Origin: Callorhinchus milii
Taxonomy: Eukaryota
Length of the DNA: 64,000 nt
Reading direction: 5' to 3'
NCBI RefSeq assembly: GCF_018977255.1
Contig: NW_024704751.1
Span: 8,308,001-8,372,000 of the forward strand
This document shows positions 58,705-64,000 of this stretch, in pieces. The stretch's first letter is position 1. The number at the start of each line of letters is the position of its first letter. Under the pieces are notes generated by a model that was not told where the DNA came from, made no database searches, and saw only the letters and a program-made list of their open reading frames with translations. The position numbers and the translations under genes are program-made.

Positions 58705-61700
58705 ATGTCTCTCAGGTCCAAACTGCTCTGGTTTCTCGCCATGTTGGGCTCAGAGCAGCATCTCTCAATGCCGGGGTCCAGCCCCAACCCCTCCAACCCC
58801 ATCCCTCCAACCCCAACCCCCCCAACCCCTCCAACCCCATCCCCTCCAACCCCAACCCCCCCAGCCCCATCCCCCCAACCCCATCCCCCCCAGCCCCCGC
58901 CCCCGCCCCCCCAGCCCCAACGAGGAGGCGATGGCAGCCACGCAGCGCCTCTCAGCGCCTCTCCGACGCGCTCTGAGCGCCCTCCGAGCGGCCCGCGGCT
59001 CCGGGGAGGAGCAGCAGCGGCTGATGGCCGAGATCCAGGGGCTGGTGCTGGAGGGGTGGGGTCTGGCGGCCCTGGGCCGGGGGGTGGCCGCCGCTCTCTG
59101 CGACCTCATCCGTCTGGAGGGAGGTCTGGACCGTCTCCTGGAGCTGCTCAGGTCCCCGACCGCGGAGATCAGGTACCGGGCGGCCAGACTGCTGGAGCAG
59201 GTACTGGTCACCGAGAACAGGTGAGGGGGGGGGGGGGGGGAGGGGGAGGGGGAGATGGGGGTGGGGTGGGGGTAGATGGGGTGGGGGTGGGGGAGATGGG
59301 GGTTGGGGTGGGGGGAGATGGGGGTTGGGGTGGGGGAGATGGGGGTTGGGGTGGGGGAGATGGGGTTGGGGTGGGGGAGATGGGGGTTGGGGTGGGGGAG
59401 ATGGGGGTTGGGGTGGGGGAGATGGGGGTGGGGGTGGGGGGAGATGGGGGTGGGGGTGGGGGAGATGGGGGTGGGGGTGGGGGAGATGGGGGTGGGGTGG
59501 GGGGAGATGGGGGTGGGGGTGGGGGGAGATGGGGGTGGGGGTGGGGGGAGATGGGGTGGGGTGGGGGGAGATGGGGGTTGGGGTGGGGGAGATGGGGGTT
59601 GGGGTGGGGGAGATGGGGGTTGGGGTGGGGGAGATGGGGGTTGGGGTGGGGGAGATGGGGGTTGGGGTGGGGGAGATGGGGGTGGGGTGGGGGGAGATGG
59701 GGGTGGGGGTGGGGGGGAGATGGGGTGGGGGTGGGGGGAGATGGGGGGGGTGGGGGGAGATGGGGGTTGGGGTGGGGGAGATGGGGGTGGGGGTGGGGGG
59801 AGATGGGGTGGGGGGAGATGGGGGTGGGGGGAGATGGGGTTGGGTGGGGGGAGATGGTTGGGGGGCACTTGGAGACGTCTCGAAGACGTGATTTGGGCGC
59901 CGGGTCAAACACAAGGATTATTATTGTTATTGTTATTAGCCGTCAGTTTTCTCCCCTTTCGTAACCCCCACCTCATTCCACCCCCCCACCCCCACCCCCC
60001 ACACCCCCACAGCCCACCCCCCCCCCCACCCCCCCACCCCCCGCACACACACATTGACGAGTTTAGTAAAATCTCTTCCTTTATTTCCCCAACAACAATA
60101 TCTATAACTGAGAGAGGCCATTGCGAAACCCGGTTATTTGAGGAAATTCTGAGCGACACATACAGTAAAAACCACATCCTCTGACGTGTGAAGGCATCGG
60201 TTAGCGCCGCTTTGCCTTCGAATCCGGTTCAACAACAAAGCAATAACATGCATTCTTTCCAAGGGGTGGGGGAGAGATGGGGGGGCGAGGGGGGGGGGGT
60301 AATGTTTCTGAGCGCGGGGGCTTCATTGTCATTGGTGTTTGTGTTAATCAGAGGGGCCTCGTAATGTCAGGTGCCAGTGACAGTGTTGAGAGGGGGTGGG
60401 GGAGGGGGGAAGGTGTTGGGGTTGGTGTGGGTGGGGTGACTGGGGTGGGGGTTAGGGGGCAGTCAGGTGGTGGTGGCGGGTTGGCTGCCGGGGTCTAGTT
60501 GTGCCGATGGGCTCTCTGTGACTGGCGTCTCTCCCACAGGGACCGTGTGGCTCGCACGGGCTGGGCTTGATCCTGGAGCTGGTGAGGGAGCGCGAGGACG
60601 TGCCGATGGCCAGGGTCATGTCCGGGATCCTGCAGCACATGTTCAAGCACTCGGAGGAGACCTCGTACCTGCTGATCGCCAACGGCGGGCTGGACGCCAT
60701 CCTATACTGGTGCCGGGGCACGGACTCAGCCCTGCTGCGGCACTGTGCCATGGCCCTGGCCAACTGTGCCATGCACGCCGGCCACAAGAACCAGCGGCTC
60801 ATGATCGAGAAGAACGCAGCGAATTGGCTGTTCCCACTGGCCTTCTCCAGCGACCAGCTGGTCAGGTTCCATGCCTGCCTGGCCATCACCGTGCTAGCCA
60901 CCAACAGGGAGATCGAGAAGGAGGTGGAGGGGTCGGGGACCCTGGACCTGGTGGAGCCCTTCATCGCCTCGCTTCACCCCGAGGAGTTTGCGCGGAGCTG
61001 GCTCGACAGCGGGGAGAACTCGCAGGGACGCACACCCGAGGACCTGCAGAGGCTGGTGCTCCTGCTGGACAGCCCACGACTGGAGGCTCAATGCATCGCG
61101 GCCTTCTACCTGTGTGTGGAGGCCGGCATCAAGTGCGAGCAACACAAAACCCAGGTGAGGGCTGAGAGAGAGAGAGAGAGAGAGGGCAGGGCTGGTCCCA
61201 GGTCATGGGTAAGAGACTCCCTCTCTACGCTGTCCGTCCACACTCCCAGGTCCGTGACAGGACAGGTTAGTCTCTGTGTAAAAGTGGAGTTGATGATCGT
61301 TAAGTAAGGTGAGGGTTTGCTGAGTGACACGAGACTTGGGGTTTGAGGGACAAGGTCAGGACAGACACCAGGAAGTACTTCTTTACACCGAGGTGAAGTA
61401 ACAGCTGGAATACGTGACCAAGAGTGGGGACTGAGGTCGGCTCGGTGTTGTCTGGGGTGTGGGGGTGGGCATACAGACCCGACGGGTCACCATCTCTCTC
61501 CTCTCTCTCTCCCTCGTTGCAGATATTCTATGAAATCGGAGCAGTTCAGAGCCTCAAGCGGATCGTGAGCTATTCCCGGAACGTCACCACCTCGGCACTC
61601 GCCAAGAAGAGCCTGAAGATGATGGGGGAGGCCATTCCTCGCCGGCTCTCCCCGGCCGTGCCCAACTGGAAACCCTGCGAGGTGCAGACCTGGCTCCAGC

Positions 61701-63570
61701 AGATAGGCCTGAGCAGCTACTGCCAGAGGTTCCTGGTGAGCGGCGGAGAAGGGGGAGAGGAGAGGGAGCGGGTGGGTGGAGGAGCAGTGGGAAAGCCTGC
61801 CAGACAGTGATCTCAATGGCAAGCCACGCCGTTTTAGCTGGTTTCTCAATTACCAGCGAACACACTCAATTCGGTCACTCAATCCACGGCTGTTTGCGCT
61901 CCTCGCTGTCACGCGCTCTGGGACTTTACCCCGCGTGAGGGACGCTCTCCAAGTGCAAGTTGTTGATGTCGTTGGCCGCCGCGCTTCGCCCATGAAATAC
62001 ACAGACACTCCACTTTACAGTATATTCTGCGCAGCGCTTTGAGACGTCTCAACAACGTGATAAGGCGCGGTATCAAATGCAAGGATTATTATTATTATAA
62101 TTATTATTATGATTACTTACCTGAAATGCACTGTGTAGATGTAGGTTGTTCTGGTAGACGTGTTGTGTGGGTTGAGACGAGCCTAGTTGAGATGAAGCTG
62201 AACACTGACCAGGATTATCACATCCCCAGGAGCTGGAGGTGGATGGAGACCTGCTGCTGGTCATATCTGATTCCGATTTAATGGAAGATCTGGGAATAAC
62301 ATCCAGCATTACTCGCAAAAGGTGAGGAATTGCTCGTATTTATATATAGAGATATTGATCACCTCAGGCTCCACGCTCCGTTCTCCCTGCACTTAAAACC
62401 CCACTGTAGACTGGAACTCGCCATCCTCACCAGCCATAAACTGCGGCTAATCCAAACCTCCAACGCCCACATCCTCACCCCCACCAAACTCCACACACCC
62501 GTCGAACCTCCGTCTCGCCCCCTCTCTTTCTATCAGTCTTTAAATCATGTCTCACCTCTTCGACCACGCCTCTGGTCCCCTCCCCCTCCCCCTCAGCTCA
62601 TCATCATACCCCATCATTGCGAACTGCTCCGAAACGTTGCCCTGGGTGAAAAGTGCCGCATAAATGCTGCCGTTGTATCCGTAATAATATCCTGAATTAA
62701 AGGGACCTCAATGTGACTGATGGCCGGGGTTATGTATAGCTGGGAGCTCGCGTCTGTCGCTTTAACCGACCCACTCTGAGTCTCACCGGCAGGTTTCTGC
62801 GGGAGCTGACCGAGTTGAAGACGTACGCCAATTACTCGACCTGTGACCCCAGCAACGTGGCCGACTGGCTGGGCAGCATCGACCCCCGCTTCCGGCAGTA
62901 CACCTATCACCTGGTCCAGGTGGGCATGGACCGTGCCAGCCTGCCCACCGTCACCGACACCCAGCTGCTCACCGACTGCCGAGTGCACCTCGCCTTCCAC
63001 AGAGCTCGTATCCTCCTCGCTGCCCGGGGTAAAGGTCCTCACGTTGTCACACTCGCACCCAGGGTCTCTCTCCCCGTCACGCTCACACCCGCACTCCTCC
63101 CTGCCACACTCGCACCCAGAGTATGCGAGGAGGGTGGGGAATGTGTGTGCCAGGGGGAAGTTATATGCCGGATGGGGGGAGAAGTGGGGGGGAACGCATG
63201 GTATAGAGGGTGGGGGGATTGAACATAGGTGACATAGGTGAGATGCTGCAAGGAGCGCCATGCCTGGGTCAGCGATGGACTGAGCCGTCGAGAGGTTTTG
63301 TTGACACACAGGTCGGAGCTAGCCAGGGGCCTGGGGATGGGGGGGCAGTCATATCGTTGCTCCAGTCCCCGTGCTGAGCAGAGTTCAGGGCTGGTGACTG
63401 TTGGCTGTGGAGACGTCTTGTGGCTTTTTCATTCCCAGAATCTAACGTGAAAGGGTTTGATTTTCAGAGCTGTTGCTGCCGTGTTTGCCCGACAGCTGTA
63501 ATAACTCCTGCTCGGAAGGGCCAGATGTGTTTATCAGTTACCGGAGGACAACAGGATCACAGCTGGCCAG
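58705..63570 (+). CDS. SARM1: Sterile alpha and TIR motif-containing protein 1 (NADase), 5' partial, with frame anomalies in exons 1-2
   Basis: Exons about 58705-59220, 60540-61154, 61523-61735, 62230-62321, 62793-63028, 63468-63570; the gene continues past the window. ARM ([42 protein letters not shown]), SAM ([25 protein letters not shown]) and TIR start (DVFISYRR...GSQLAS). Confidence 0.93.
59225..59865. repeat. G-rich minisatellite (GGGGGAGATGGGGGTTGGGGT) in SARM1 intron 1
   Basis: Directly visible tandem units with dense G4-forming potential on the sense strand. Confidence 0.95.
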
Positions 63571-64000
63571 GTTTGCACATCTGTATCTAGGGCTGGGATA
63601 GTCTCAGGGCCAGAAGGCCTATGGGCTTGACCAGAGCCATTGGTTCAGTCCATCTCCATCCCAAGCAAGGTCCTGGGTCCCAGCTTTGGGCTCTTGATCC
63701 TATGGTATCTCATGATGGGTGTCTGGATCACTCGGATGTTTAATTTTGTGGGTGAGCTGTGCTCATAATGTACAGTCACTATACTTGACAGCATCTTCTG
63801 CGAAGCGCTTTGAGATGTCAAATGCGAGGGTGGTTATTACTATTAAGGGCAAAATACTGCAGATGCTGGAAATCTGAAATAAGAACAGAAGTGGCTGGGA
63901 ACACTCAGCAGGTCAGGGAGCAGCTATGGAGAGGAAAGTGAATTAACATTAACTATCATTACTATTATAATAATCCTTATAATTATAATAATCCCTGTTA

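Noticed and set aside
58705-63570. SARM1 as a true pseudogene
   Set aside because: Downstream ARM, SAM and TIR exons are well conserved with intact splice sites. The anomalies are confined to homopolymer or gap-adjacent sequence and compensate.

Overview
Gene-dense, repeat-rich vertebrate genomic DNA. The SINE, CR1 and Penelope-type repeat content suggests a cartilaginous fish, probably a chimaera; this is an inference, not verified. Gene order: SHPK (-, 7 exons), EMC6 (+, single coding exon), BLTP2/KIAA0100 (-, about 39 exons), RSKR/SGK494 (-, 12 exons), two tandem vitronectin genes (+, 8 exons each) and the 5' part of SARM1 (+, runs off the window). Exon boundaries were read by hand from GT-AG sites and checked for phase. 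Highlights: (1) Of the two vitronectin paralogues, the upstream one has lost the integrin motif (RGD to HGD) and gained 17 x 12-aa acidic Thr/Met-rich repeats plus a poly-Asp tract. The heparin-binding exon differs between copies about twice as much as the adjacent intron, almost entirely by amino-acid changes. (2) SARM1 as assembled has two compensating frameshifts across intron 1 that would replace the first ARM segment with a Pro/Gly-rich peptide; homopolymer sequencing error is the main alternative. (3) Minimal hammerhead-ribozyme motifs lie in Penelope-like repeat remnants. (4) A SARM1-intron remnant between the VTN copies maps the duplication. One 186-nt assembly gap (58266-58451) sits just upstream of SARM1.
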